Assembly: GCA_977017645.1 (NCBI GenBank)
Contig: OZ360239.1
Coordinates: forward strand, 43,586,001-43,650,000
Direction: 5' to 3'
DNA length: 64,000 nucleotides
Origin: Torpedo marmorata
Taxonomy: Eukaryota
Below are positions 36,869 to 50,250 of this stretch, in pieces (the stretch's first letter is position 1; each line of letters begins with the position of its first letter). Below the pieces are notes generated by a model, which was not told the origin of the DNA, ran no database searches, and saw only the letters and a list, made by a program, of their open reading frames with translations. Position numbers and translations under genes: made by a program.

Positions 36869-39800
36869 CTTTTTTTAAAATATTTTATTTAAAATTTTAA
36901 ATCACAAAATACATAAGGTAATATAAAATTATCAAAATACATGTGATAAATTTTCACCCCCCCCTCCCTCCCTCCCCTCCCTAACCCTCCCACCCCTTCT
37001 AATCTACTAAAATAAAAAAGAAAGAAAGAAAGAAAGAAAAAGATAGAATAAGGAGAATGTCAATCTAAAAAATACATCTATAACTAATTTTATTATGGAG
37101 GATAGGTTCGCCAGTCAGATCCAATGTCCAGAGATCTTCAAATCTTTAAACCAACAACCTTCATATATGGGCTCCATATTTTCAAAAAGAAATAATATTT
37201 ATTACGTAGATTATAAGTAATTTTTTCAAGAGGTATACATGAACGAAGTTCTGCATGCCATCTTTCTAACCCTAAATCTACGTCAGATTTCCAAGTAATA
37301 GCAATACATTTCTTAGAAACAGCTAAAGCAATTCGCAACAATTCTATTTGATACATATTTAATTTCATCTTAATACTAACTCTTTTAATATCTCCAAACA
37401 AAAATATCATAGGGTCCATTGGGAATGTAATTTTTAATACTTTATCTAAAAACGTTTTAAATTTCAACCAAAAATCATAAACCTTTGGACAAAACCATGT
37501 AGAATGTACAAAAGAACCTTCCTCTCTATTACATCTAAAACATAAGCCTGGTAATGTCGCGTTAAATTTCTTTAATTTTTTAGGCGTTAAATATAATTGA
37601 TGAAAAAAATTATATTGAACTAATCTATATCTAACATTAATAATCTTCGTCATACTTAGTTTACATAATTCTTTCCAATGATCTTCATCTATTGTTACAT
37701 TCAAATCTGATTCCCATTTTAATCTTGATTTATGAATCTCTGAAACAATCTATACATTTGAGAAATAAATTTATTTACACCTCCGTTAGTAACTAATAAT
37801 TCTAATTCACTCTGTCTTGGTAAAGTCAAACTATAGCCTAATTTCCCAACTAAAAATGCTCTAATTTGATAATAAGCAAAAAGTGTATTATTCAATACAT
37901 TAAACTTATCTTTCATTCTTTGAAAAGTAATAAATTTACCAGCTTCAAAACAATCATTTATTTTCTTAATTCCCTTTTGAAACCAAATTTTAAATAATTG
38001 ATTATCAACAGTAAATGGAATAAGTTTATTTTGATATAAAGGCATTTTTGGAGAAATCAACCCTTTCCCTCCTATCTCCCTATCCACTCTATTCCATATT
38101 TCTAACAAATGTTTAAAAATAGGAGAGTTCTTCCTTCTTGTTAATAATAATTTAGAATTCCATTTATAAATAACTTCTTCTTTCAAATCTTCTCCTATAT
38201 TATTTAGTTCTATTCTAATCCAAGCAGAAGACTTAGTTAAATCAAACAATTCATTAACAAATTTTAATTGAGCTGCTTTATAATAATTTTGAAAATTAGG
38301 AAGTTGTAAACCACCCATTTCATAATTCCAAGTTAATTTCTCCATACCTACTCTAGCCAACTTTCCTTTCCTCAAAAACTTCCTAATAATTAAATTTAAA
38401 TCTTTTTAAAAATTTTGAGGAATTTCATATGGAATTCATTGAAAAAGATATTGAATTCTTGGAAAAACATTCATTTTAATACAATTTACCCTTCCCATCA
38501 AAGTTATAGGTAAATCCTTCCAGCTCTCTAAATCTTTTTTAATTTTCATAAATAATGGTAAATAATTTAATTTATATAAATTAGTTAATTTTGTATCAAT
38601 CTGTCTTTGTATTCACTCTGCTTCCATCGGGAAAAAGGTACAGGAGCCTAAAGATGAGCACTCAACGGCACAAGGACAGCTTCTTCCCTGCTGCCATCAG
38701 ATTCCTGAATAATCAATGAACCAAAGTCACTGCCTTACTTTTTGTGCACTATTGTTTATAATTTTTTATAGTAATGTCGTTAGATGGTTAATATGAATGT
38801 TAATTGCACTATGATGCTGCCGCAAAACACCGAATTTCATGACTTGTTCGACAATAAATTATGATTCTGATTCTGATCTTTATTCCCAAATATTTAATTC
38901 CTTCCTTTGACCATTTAAATTGTGTAATTTCTTTACATTTACTATAATCCCCTTGTGTTAATGCCATAATTTCACTTTTATCAGAATTAATCTTATAACC
39001 AGATATTTCCCCATATTCTCTCAATAAAGAAGTAATAGGTTTTGTCATATAAATCAATACATCATCTGCAAATAAACTAATTCTATGCTCTTCTCTTCCA
39101 ACTTTAATACCTGCAATCTTAATATCTTGTCTAATTAATTCTGCCAAAGGTTCTATTGCTAAAATAAACAATGCTGGTGACAAAGGACATCCTTGTCTAG
39201 TTGACCTAGTCAAAGGAAATTTTGAAGAAATTTGTCCATTTGTGACCACTTTAGCAGATGGTTCTTTATATATCGTTTTAATCCAATTAATAAATGTAGT
39301 TCCAAAATCAAATTTCCCCAATACCTTAAATAAATAATTCCACTCTAACCTATCAAAAGCCTTTTCAGCATCTAACGTTAACTCTAATGCTAAATCATCT
39401 TTATTTTTTTCCACATTAATTAAACTAATTAATCTAGCTATGTTATCCTTTGAATATCTAATCTTAATAAAACCAGCTTGATCTACATGGATTAAATCTG
39501 GTAAATAATTAGCAACTCTATTTGCTAAAATTTTTGCCATTATCTTATAATCCACATTAACAATGAAATTGGTCTATATATTCTGTTTTCAACACATCTC
39601 TATCTTTTTTAGGTATAACTGTAATTATTGCATTCGAAAATGTTTCCGGTAACGAATGAGTTTCCGTTATTTGTTTCAACACATCCATATATGGAGGCAT
39701 CAATAAATCTTTAAACTCCTTATAAAATTCTGATGGGAAACCATCTTCCCCTGGAAATTTACCACTCGTTAAAGAAGTAAGAACCTCATTAACTTCCCTC

Positions 39801-40854
39801 ATTGAAAAAGACAAATCCAAAAATTCTTTACTTTGAGTATTTAATCTAGGTAGCTTAATTTTAGATAAAAATCTATTAATTTTAGAGTCATCTTCATCAA
39901 TCTGAGATTTATATAAATTCGAATAATAATCCTTAAAAGAATAATTTATTTCTCGAGGTTTATATGTTGTTTTCTTAGAATTCTTTTTTATAGCATTTAT
40001 AGTTCTAGAAGTTTGATCTTTCTTTAATTGGCACGCCAACACTTTATGTGCTCTTTCTCCCAATTCATAATATCTTTGTTTAGTTCTTTCAATTAATTTT
40101 TCCATTTTATATGTTTGTAACAAATTATAATGCAATTTTTTCCCAACTAAATTTTTCCTCTTTTCTTCTGATCTCTTTTTTTGTAAATCCTTCTCCCTCT
40201 CCAAATTATCCACCTCCCGAAGATAATCCTTCTTAATTTTTGCTGAATAACTTATTATTTGACCTCTTAAATAAGCCTTTAAAGCTTCCCAAATAATAAA
40301 TTTATTATCAGTCGAATTAGAATTTATTTGTAAAAATTCCTGAATTTCTCTTCTTATATAATCACAAAAATCCATTCTTTTTAATAAAGAAGAATTAAAT
40401 CTCCACCTATATATAGTTTTTTCTTTTTCTGGAATTATGCAAGACATTAATAAAGGCGAATGATCAGAAATTATTCTTGCTTTATAAGATGCTTGTGTTA
40501 CCCTATCTTGGACTTGTGAAGACAATAAAAACATATCTATCCTAGAATATGAATCATGTCTAAAAGAGTAAAAAGAATAATCTTTTTCTCTTGGATTCAA
40601 CTTTCTCCAAATATCTATGAAATTTAAGTCTTTCATCAAACTAAGAACTCTTTTAGCAATTTTAGATTTAACAACTGATCTTGATGTTTTATCCATTATC
40701 GGATCTAAACAACAATTAAAATCCCCACCAATTAAAATATTATCATTAGCTTCTGACAAATGCATAAAATAATCTTGAATAAATTGTTCATCATCCGCAT
40801 TTGGTACATATATATTCATAAGTGTCCACAATTCTGAATATATCTGACAATGAA
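36869..40854 (-). mobile_element. L1 LINE, 5'-truncated within the endonuclease, ORF2 frameshifted
   Basis: EN NIYVPN..GGDFN..SRIDMFL..SDHSPL; RT LDAEKAFD..TRQGCPLSP..LFADD..YLGI; C-terminal CFRC..H...C; polyA; 12-bp TSD GCCTTTCAGTTC at 36857-36868 and 40855-40866. Confidence 0.95.
38603..38878 (+). mobile_element. Rex1 3' fragment inserted in the L1 RT
   Basis: Near-identical to 28967-29220; interrupts L1 YLGIK|IDTKLTNLY, with ATCT at both junctions. Confidence 0.88.
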
Positions 40855-40934
40855 GCCTTTCAGTTCTTGTGTAACTTCTAGTCTTTTGAAGTTATAGTCA
40901 GTACTCTGACTATAAATCTGAAATCTGAAATCTG

Positions 40935-41245
40935 ATCATGGCTAACCTGGCCAAGGACTCAGCTCCACCTTCCTGCCTTTTCAACTTACCCCTACTTTGC
41001 TAAAATCTATCCATCTGCATTTTAAATATATCCAATGAGGTAGCCTCCACTGCTTTCCTCAGCAGAGAACTCCACAGACCTAGGAAAAACAGCTCCTCCT
41101 CATCTCTGTCCTAATCTACTCCCTCAAATCTTGAGCTCTGTCCCCTAGTTCCAGTCTCACCTACCAGTGGAAACAACTTTCCAGCCTCCGTCTCATCTGT
41201 TCCTTTCGCAATTTTAAATGTTTCTACAAGATTTCCTCTCATTCT
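40935..41245 (-). mobile_element. CR1 3' region (continuation of 35714-35765)
   Basis: GATCATGGCTAACC..CTCCTCCTCATCTCTGTCCTAA..CCCCTAGTTCCAGTCTCACC..GGAAAC, reverse complement of a CR1 3' end. Confidence 0.7.
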
Positions 41246-41774
41246 TCAGAAAATTAAAATTCTTCTGAATCTTAAAACTCTTAACACTCAAAGAATGCAG
41301 GCCTAGTCTACTCAATCTCTCCTCATGTGTCTAATGTGACAACACAGTTGTGGTGAATCTCCAGCACTACTTTCCTGCAACTTCCTTAATATCCAAATAT
41401 AATTAGCAAGATATTGTATCAGACCTAACTGCTGGCCTCAAGCACAGAATTCTGGTGAACACTTTAATGCTCAGGGGAACTCCACATCGCTGAGCAGTTG
41501 AACAAGACAAAATGATGCTTAGTCTTAGATTCATTGAAAAGCTTTGGAGACACTGCTCAATGAAAAAGAACAAGTTATTTTGGAATATTGAGCAAATTTT
41601 ACCCACAACCAATTCCACCAACTAATTGGTCATTATTTTTTCTATTGCATGCTGCTTATAATATCTTGCACAATGCAAATTGGCTGTTATAGTTTTCAAT
41701 GTTGACCAAACTCTCCAGGTAATCAGTTGGATATGAACACTTTGAAATATCCTGATTACATAGTCAGGAAGCAT

Positions 41775-42415
41775 GGAGTACCTCCTTGGAGTGTCTAATT
41801 ACATTAACCACAAAGATTGCTGTGGTTGTTGGATGTCAATCGTCTCAGTCCCAGATCATTGTTGCTTCAGGGTGTCCTTGGGCCAACCATCTTCAGCTAC
41901 TTCCTGAATGCTTCATCAGATCACAAGATCAGAAGTGGGCTGATTCATCAACAATTGCAGTGTTCAGTTCCATCTGCTATTCATCAAATAGTGTTTAATC
42001 GATGTCTACATCCAGCAAGATCAGGTCAACATCTCAGGCTGGGTTGATTATTGGCAAGTAACATTTATGTTACACACATTCCAAGCAATGAACATGTCCA
42101 ACAAGTAATGGTAAAACATCTTCCCTTGAGGTTCAATGTCATGATTCTGAATTCCATGCCACTAAAATTATGGGTGCTTAACATTGACCAGCAATATTGA
42201 TAATGATGAGTTTTTTGTCATACACATTGTACAATGCACATATGCTAAAACAGTGGGGGAGATGCTGAGTAGATATTGGGCTCATTTCCTGTATGCCCAA
42301 AATCTTTCCACCACCTACAAGGCACAAATCAGGAGTGTGTTGAATCTTGAATGGATCACTATAGCTTCAACAACACTCAAGAAGCCTTGCACCATTCCAA
42401 ACAGAGCAGCCGATT
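41775..42415 (+). mobile_element. Decayed CR1-like RT fragment
   Basis: Residual QGVLGPTIFSYFLN and LSTTYKAQIRSVL motifs. Confidence 0.55.
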
Positions 42416-43124
42416 AATTTTTTTAAAAAATGAAATTATTTAGTGTATAGATAAAGTTAATTTGCTAAATCACAACAACACCATCCTTCATTGGTTTACT
42501 GACAATGATGGTCTTGACCTCAGTCCAATGAGAACATTCAGAGTCTTGAGCTCCTGAGTGAGTGGAATGTAAATGTTAAGGCACTTGAGTTCACATCAGC
42601 ATTTGGATCAGGAATTCACCAAAGAGAAAGTGCCCACAGGGCAGTGTCAAGTCCCTTGATAAAGAAGTAGACAAGAGAATGAACACAGATGTTAAAGAAC
42701 TCAGCATCATGTTTTCTTTGAGATGTGTTGAGGTGGCTGAGGTTCTAAGGGGTGGGGGTAGTCAATGGGTTTTGTGAAAACATGACAAAGAGGGAAACAC
42801 CAATTATCTGGATATATCTGTCATTATGGATGGAGCAGAACCAGAAAGAGCAGAATTTCAGTTGGAATTCACATGGAGCAAGTTGGAGTTTGAGTCAATC
42901 AATAGGAATTCCAAGGGCACTGATGGCTTAAGTAGAACAATGGTCATATCATTACGGTAATTGTCAAGGTAAAATATCCTGCTGGAAAAAGTCATTTCAT
43001 GGCACTTATTTAGCTCAAATAGAACCTGATAGTTATTGTACTGAAAGCAAATGTTACTGAGGATTTGTTTGCCTGCAGGAGGGGTCAGGTCTGTCTGAGC
43101 TCCTTTCAATGAACTCTCATTTAA

Positions 43125-43610
43125 GGAAGTATGTTAATGCATTGGAAGCAGTGCCAAAATGGTTTATTAAATCAAAACGTGGAATGGATGTTTTGTCTTT
43201 TGGGGAAAGTTTGGACAAGTGGGACTTGTATCCACTGGAGTTTGGAAGAGAGAGAACACTTGATTGAAACATGACCCAGAGGGTGGATGTGGAGACAGTG
43301 TTTCTCTGGGGTCCACTATTTAAATACAAGAGATCATTGATTTAAAACAGATATGTGCTTTTTTTCTCGCCAAGAGAGTCACGAGGCTTTTAAATTCTCT
43401 TCCTCAATTGGCAGTGGAAATATAATTCTTCAGTGAAAGCCAGACGTAGATAGACACCTGAAAAACAACAGGGTGGTGGGGGTGGTGTAAATGATAAGTG
43501 TGGTCAGATGGAAAAGTCAAACTGAGGATATAATCAGATTAGCCATGATTTTTTTCAAGGGTAATCAGGTTTGAGGGGTCGAATGGTTAAATTCTGCTCC
43601 TAATGCATAT
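43125..43610 (+). mobile_element. Decayed CR1 3' end
   Basis: AATGCATTGGAAGCAGTG..TTGGACAAGTGGGACTTGTATCCACTGGAGTTTGGAAGA..CTGCTCCTAAT. Confidence 0.6.
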
Positions 43611-44768
43611 ATTCAGCTAATTTGCACAAGTCACACATAATGACGCAATCACAAACTGCAATCAAAATTCTACCTGATTTGGGATCTATAGGACTGAAAA
43701 TAGTGACAGTATATGATCTAGTTTATTGGCCCACAGTTATGCACACTTGATTCATCTTGGTTTAGTGATGTATGCATTTCTATCAAAGTGATTTCAAATC
43801 CTCTTGATTTTGAACTTAAAAATAAATTTTGCAAAAAAATACATACTGTATGTACACTGAACAAAGTTTTTGGTACATTAGGTCTTTTTCAAGCAGCAAA
43901 ATGCTATTGATTAAGGGATTTAGAATTCCACCATGGGACCTGGGTATTTTTTAAAAATCAAGTAATTTAATAAATTTTAAATAAAAGTTCATTTTGTCAA
44001 TAGTCACCTTAAAATCATCAGTTTATCATAAAAACAACTCAGTTCCTCAAAGAAGAACATTTCCTCTCCTTAATTACACTGACCCATATGTGAACTCAGA
44101 TTCATAGCAATGTAGTTGACTCTTAATTGTCCTGTGAAATAGCCCTGCAATCCACTTAGCTCAGGAGCAATTAGTGGGAATTGGAGTTCAGAAGTCTGAA
44201 AAAAATTCTGCAAAGCAATTTCTACATTACTTAGAAAGTTAATGTGAAGTCACTTGATTTGCAAACAGCAAACCTCTGAATGGCTGGCCTTGCTGTCAAT
44301 CATAAATACTTCCAGGATTAGATGTTAATTTCAATCTAACCCACCTGGCAGGAAACCAACAGGATTCCGCTGGGTGCCTGTTATACTCTTCACCCCATTT
44401 TAATTTTTAGTTTCCCACTGGGGAGGTTAAGTTAAAATTACCCTCTTTAACTCTGAATAAATTATTTACCATCATTAAAAGTCCCAGAGTATTTGTTTTA
44501 GATAAAATAGCTAATAATTAATTATATCCTATGCCACCCTGCTTTACATTTGAAAGCAAATTATTAATGCTTCGCTCAAACACTGCAGTTTATCTGAACA
44601 GAGATGGGCTTCAGAATTACAAATGAAGGAACACGTCAATAACATGTTTAAAATTCATCCTCCAGCATTTCATCAAATAGCTTGGAAAATAACCAAACAA
44701 TTTCATATTGTTTCAAGTCTGAAATGAAACATCACTCCAGTGGACCAACAACAATCTGAATTACGCAC

Positions 44769-44869
44769 CTTGGGAAATTCTGTACACTCTCTCTGCAAGA
44801 TTTTCCGTCAAATAATGGTTCATAGCTTTAGGGAAAGTATCAAATCTAAGGTTAGGCTTTTGCAAGAGG
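44769..44869 (-). other. Candidate exon (101 bp)
   Basis: Acceptor TTTTCTTGTTTTATGCCTTTAG, donor AAG|GTGCGT; one open frame LLQKPNLRFDTFPKAMNHYLTENLAERVYRISQ; no homology recognised. Confidence 0.3.
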
Positions 44870-45213
44870 CTAAAGGCATAAAACAAGAAAACTGCTAGAT
44901 ATGAAAAGAGCACCTACTCCATCCTCTCTGTTCCATATAGCCAAAGGGGTAAAATTGGATAGCACTGGAATCACAATCCAATTTGACGGTCTTTTAACTG
45001 TGAATTAAATTTGCACTGCCTGCTTATTACCAGAATTGCAACATCCATATAACTGCACTGGTATGCTGGATGTGCTAATGGACTTCCCAATATAGCCAAA
45101 GATCTGCATGGGTATTTTGGTTTCCACATTGGTATTATTTTAGTTTAGGTTGTCCTCAACCTTTGGGCAGTACAGAGCCAAATACTGCAGCCAAGATGTT
45201 TCCACCTACTCAC

Positions 45214-45247
45214 CAGGAGGCATGTGGTCTCTTGACAGCAGTATAAA
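45214..45247 (-). other. Candidate exon (34 bp)
   Basis: Acceptor TTTTTTTAAAATCTAG, donor CTG|GTGAGT; phase-compatible with the 44769-44869 candidate. Confidence 0.25.
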
Positions 45248-48200
45248 CTAGATTTTAAAAAAACAGGCAACATTTAAAACCAAAAGCTGGAGATGCGCTC
45301 TCTTTACCCGTCGAATGTGATCAAAGCCAATCGGGGGTTCACACTGACTACAGGTGATATTCTTGACACGTATTCTTACAGGATGCTATCTCTGAGCAGG
45401 TCGTAACCTAGCTTTCTACCAATGGTCTTCAATAAAACAGGTGATTACTTCTGAAGATCAACCATCTACTAGCAAATGAAATGGAGAGCATTTAACCTGG
45501 TTCTCTGTTTATGGAATGACTCACTATAATGGCAATTCTTAGGCAAAACATTTCTCAAGGTAATCAAAATACAGCCTTTTAATTATTTAATCATAAAAGA
45601 AAAAACTGCAGAAACTGGAAAACTGAAATAAATACAAAGGATGTTGAATAGTATTCATTATGTAAGGCAGCATCAATAGAGAAAGGAAAATAGTTAATGT
45701 TTCAACTCAGTGGCCTTTCATCAGTTCTCTCCTCATCGACACTACCTGACCTACTGAGTTTCCAGTATTTCCTATTTTTATTTGAATCAACTCAAACTTA
45801 ATTTTGTACTGCCCGGAAATAATAGTAATGATAACCAAACTTTTAGGTAGCTAAGGTGCTTTTTTTCTTAATAGGAATGTGTCATATACATTTCTCTGAA
45901 TCTTTTTCAGACCTAATATCACTCACCAAACAAAACCTGAAACCATTATTCAAGGCAATAAAAGATCCAAATATAGTTTTATTATTGATTAATTATGTCA
46001 CTGCAAATTATCTTCAGCATTTTATCTAAAACTTTCAATTGTTGACAGTAAAAGATGTTTTTGTTTTCAAAAAGTGAGTTTGAACAGTTTAATAATTTGC
46101 CTTCAGTTCCTTTCCAAAATGTAGAAATAACAACAATTTGTGAACCAAAAATAAAATCGGCACAAAGAAATTTGCATTAAGATTGAATAAATTAGAATTT
46201 AATATCAACTACATAACAAATGCAAGAATTTAATAATGTTAATATAATAAATTTGCATATATTTTGGCAAATTGCAGATTGTTTTTATCTTACTATTTTT
46301 GAAAAATACGTAAAAATCTAATCGTGCATTCCTTTTGGATCTAGAGCAACAGAGCTATTGAAGCCCTCAAAGGGTTTGTCCTGGGTGTGTTTTCATGCAG
46401 TTTATTAATTATTAAACATGGATCAACAAAAAGAAACCTTGAACCTGAAGAAAAATATTCATTTCAAAAAACTTAGAAATCTAACATTTTATTTTGCCTT
46501 CTGAAAAATTCAGCAACTTTCCTCTGCATCAGAAGTCAAGGTCATTGTTTGCAATTGCAGCAATAAGTGCAGCATAATCTTTTCATGATTCTCTTAGCAC
46601 CGTACCAGATAGCACGTGTGATCTTTATTTATATAATATACCGGTACTTAATACGAACTCTTTTTCCGATTCGACTCTGTGATTTTTTTGTGCTTTCAAG
46701 GTCGTCGTTCAGATAAATAAACCAGCACAGTCACTAAAGATGCTGCTAAGGTAGTTTTGGTAGAGGGTGCATGAAGGAAGAAATAACTCTCTCTGGGAGA
46801 AATTACATGCGATGAGGGGCAGCCATATACAGCTTTTGTCTCAAGGAGTCTCCTAGGTAAATGTAGAGATTTGGTAGATTTTGGCCGTGCTTCTGAGACG
46901 GCATATATATACTGAAAGCATTATTCTCTGCAATGTACCCCAGAGGCACTTGAGATCATCTGTATGCTCATGGTTATTCCTTTCTCTCAAATTCATGACA
47001 AGAGTTCCTTTATTCATTTTAAAATATCATCAATAACGTGACAGCTTCTCTTTCAGTAAAAATATTAAGTGCTGGAAATTCGTCTCTGGCAGTGGTGCAA
47101 GGCAGGCCCGAATCGCATCAGTCATCCAGTAGCAAAGTACTTGATATTTAATTGTGTGGATTTAATTATTACATAGCCATTTTGGAGCCCACCCATTTTG
47201 GACCAGAACCTGAGATAATTTTTTTTCCCCCGAAACCTACTATACTCTCTGTGGCATCTGTTACAAGACATAATAACCACTGGCAAAATATTTTGAGACA
47301 ATTGAAGGTAATCACAAGGAGTTGTCAATGTATTCTTTACAATAAGAACAATTACTAGATTTAGTTACAAGGACTACTTTGAACATAAACACTTGAAACT
47401 TCAATCTCATTCTTTTATATAACCACTACTGAATGGGTCATGATGAGAAAAGGTTCTGTTCACTGATTATTTGAGAAACAGATCATTAAAGTGATGAAAA
47501 TAAAAGTGTTAAAATATTCTAATTATGAGTAAAAATATCACTGATTTATTGGTCATCAGAATAGATAGTGAAAATGCTTCCCCCAATTTTCTCAATTATC
47601 ATTGCTTTGAAGATGAACATTGCACCCAGTACTATAATATAGGATAATGGTATTTCAATAGACACATTCATACCCCTGTTCATTATCATAGTTCTCAGCC
47701 TGAAGTGATGCTCATTCGAATTTGAATCACACATTACATGATTCTTCCTTATTTTCCAGTATGGCAGAAATCCTCTGGTGTTCTGTACACAGATGGGAAT
47801 TCAGGTAATCTCCAAAGTGTGCCAGAACCAGACGTGGAAAGAAAACTTCCCTTCAGGATTCAAGAGAATCTCTCCCATTTTGTATCAGAGATGATGACAT
47901 CCATGTATCTTCTTTGTCTTTTTATTCCATCAGATTTTTGTATTTCTCAGTCATTTTTCTCTAAAATGGGGAACAAAATAAATTAGTGAATATCAAAACT
48001 GTTTCACTGTAAAAAGCATTTTGAACATTAATTGTAATTATTACTCTGAAAAACACATCTTTACAGTCTTACTATGAATCAACATCTTAGTGTAAGCATT
48101 CCTTTCAGTCCTATTAATTCAAGCAGCTCTGAGATAACTACTGAAACCCTTCCTTTTTAAACCTAGCATGGATTACATCCAGTTTCATAATAAATATTTG

Positions 48201-48703
48201 TATCTTCAACAATCATGTCTGACCTGTTTATCATTGCTATTAAACAAAACCTATTGTCAGCAATAGCTATGATAATATTATCATTTAAATGGTAATGACA
48301 ACAAAAATAATCTATAATTCAAAGCTGATTTTCTTATTTTAAACTTTATGGAATCCCACACAAACAATCCTCACTAACCATACAGGCAACGCTCATATAA
48401 TTCTTAGTAATTATATCTAAAGGAAAGGCTGCAATTTGGAACCTGGAGTGCAAACATCAAGTATCAAAACAGCACATACTTTCATAGTGAAATTTGAAAT
48501 CTATTAACCCCAATTTTAACCCAACAAGTCTCTAATGGAATAGTTGTTTGGAGATGGACACCTATCAAACACTCCACTCTGCTTTAGACTATCTTTACTT
48601 CAAAGGAACCTAAACTGGGATGAGTCTTAGACCTGGTTTTATCTGGGTGGCTTCTTTATAATCAGGATGCTAGTTTTCCAGAAACCAATAAAAAATAGTA
48701 ATA

Positions 48704-49074
48704 CAGGTTGAACCTCTATTATCCTGCACTCTGTGGTCCGGCAACTCCCGTGGTCTGGCACGTTTTGAATCTGCTGCCGTTAGTACAAACTCCTTACAGA
48801 CAGCGCGGGACTCAAACCCCGGTCCCGATCGCGGCAGATTCAACCTTTAAGGAGGTTGTACTAACGTCCCTATCGCTGGCGCTGTAAAGGCATTGCACTA
48901 ACCACTATGCTAACCGTGCCGCCCCACAGTATTATTTTCTGTTTTAAGCTTTGTTCTATCTTTGATATGTTTACATAGGGGGTTCCCTTAGGGGTCAATT
49001 TCTGTTTTACGGCATTTTCTGTGGTCCGGCAATGGCCAGGTCCCAACGTCGCCGGATTAAAGAGGTTCAACCTG
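48704..49074. mobile_element. Tigger/pogo-like MITE
   Basis: TIRs CAGGTTGAACCTCTATTATCC / GGATTAAAGAGGTTCAACCTG flanked by a TA duplication. Confidence 0.85.
48783..48926 (-). mobile_element. V-SINE (HE1-like) 5' head inside the MITE
   Basis: Minus strand GGGGCGGCACGGTTAGCATAGTGGTTAGTGCAATGCCTTTACAGCGCCAGCGA..GGGTTTGAGTCCCGCGCTGTCTGTAAGGAGTTTGTA, homologous to 34277. Confidence 0.75.
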
Positions 49075-49076
49075 TA

Positions 49077-49410
49077 GTAAAAACACAATGCTGGAGAAAC
49101 TCATCAGGTCAAACAGTGTACTTTATATCATAAAGATAAAGATACATAACCAACGCTTCGAGCTGGAGTCCTTCATCAAGGGGTAGACAAAATGTGGGCA
49201 GGTGACCGAAAAAAATGATGTGGGGGAGGGGGAGGAGCACAGTCCCACAGGCAGTAGGTAATAGGTGGATAAGGAAGGGAGGGCACACCAGGAAACAGGG
49301 GGAGGGTGGGGGTGGTTGTCCTGTGAATGGAGAGGGAAGGAGGTGGAGAACTGGAGGAAAGACGACAGAGGACTGGAGAGGAAGAACAAGGAGTGGGCTA
49401 GAAGAAACTG
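49077..49410 (-). mobile_element. Penelope-like 3' UTR fragment
   Basis: Reverse complement of the 19930-20055 / 20828-20935 sequence. Confidence 0.65.
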
Positions 49411-50185
49411 AAGAAGTGGTAATAACGAAAAATGGTAATAGTTATAATTTCCACAAGAGTATCTGCCTTCACTTTCATTGGTACATCCCAACTCTTTAGC
49501 TAGGTCACCACCCTCCAGAGGCAGTAGAGGAACATCATTAACCTTCTACCAATGTCTTTAAACTGATGTTCGTAACTGTAAATTAAAGGAGGTGCATTAA
49601 TTGCCCTGCATCAGGGACTTGTTGCAACTGTACAGAATCTTTGTGTGAGCAAGTTAATTCTCCTCAGCTGTTTTTCTGCAGTGAATATTTAAATAGCACA
49701 GCAAATTTCTAACTGGAGAACAGTTCCTTTTTTGTGTTCAGATTATAACATAGACTCAGTGAAGGATAGTTGGGGAAGATATGTACCCACGATATAAGAT
49801 GACATTTTCATGGAGATCAAGGTTCTAAAGTCTATCTTTTATAATTGTTCGAGCAGATACAGCGGAAACAGATAGCAAGTATCTAATAATCCAAAACTGC
49901 ATGAATGGGAAGCAAAACTGCAGATTAAATTGCTGCTAGTTTCTGAATTACCGGTACTTATAATTCCATCGACCAATCCTGCTGGATGGATCATGTGATC
50001 CATCTTGGCGAGCCAGGAATCATGTTTTCACAGGGACGTCACAAGTATTTGGCACAGTCCAGGCCAGCATACCCCTCGGTTGAACATGTAACCAACCCAT
50101 AGAGGCCGAGAAGATTCCCTGTGTGCAATAAACCAAGATTGGACATAGAATAGTACAAGTGGTCTTCAAGTTAAAGATCAAGAAG

Positions 50186-50250
50186 GTGGGGGGGGGGTGG
50201 GGGGTGGGGGGTGGGGTGGTGGGTGGGGGCGGGGGGTGGGGGGTGGGGAG
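50186..50250 (+). repeat. G-rich low-complexity tract (potential G-quadruplex)
   Basis: Many G3-G11 runs separated by single nucleotides. Confidence 0.85.

Larger units (their letters stand above)
36678..40900 (+). mobile_element. Solo LTR of the same Gypsy lineage (36678-36868 plus 40867-40900, about 225 bp), split by an L1
   Basis: Starts TGTGGTAAACCACT and contains CCTGAATAAAGGCCATTGTGCCACCG, CAGTCCGG and GCTCCATTCTTTTGCCAATAAA; the remainder AGTCTTTTGAAGTTAT..CA follows the L1. Confidence 0.82.
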
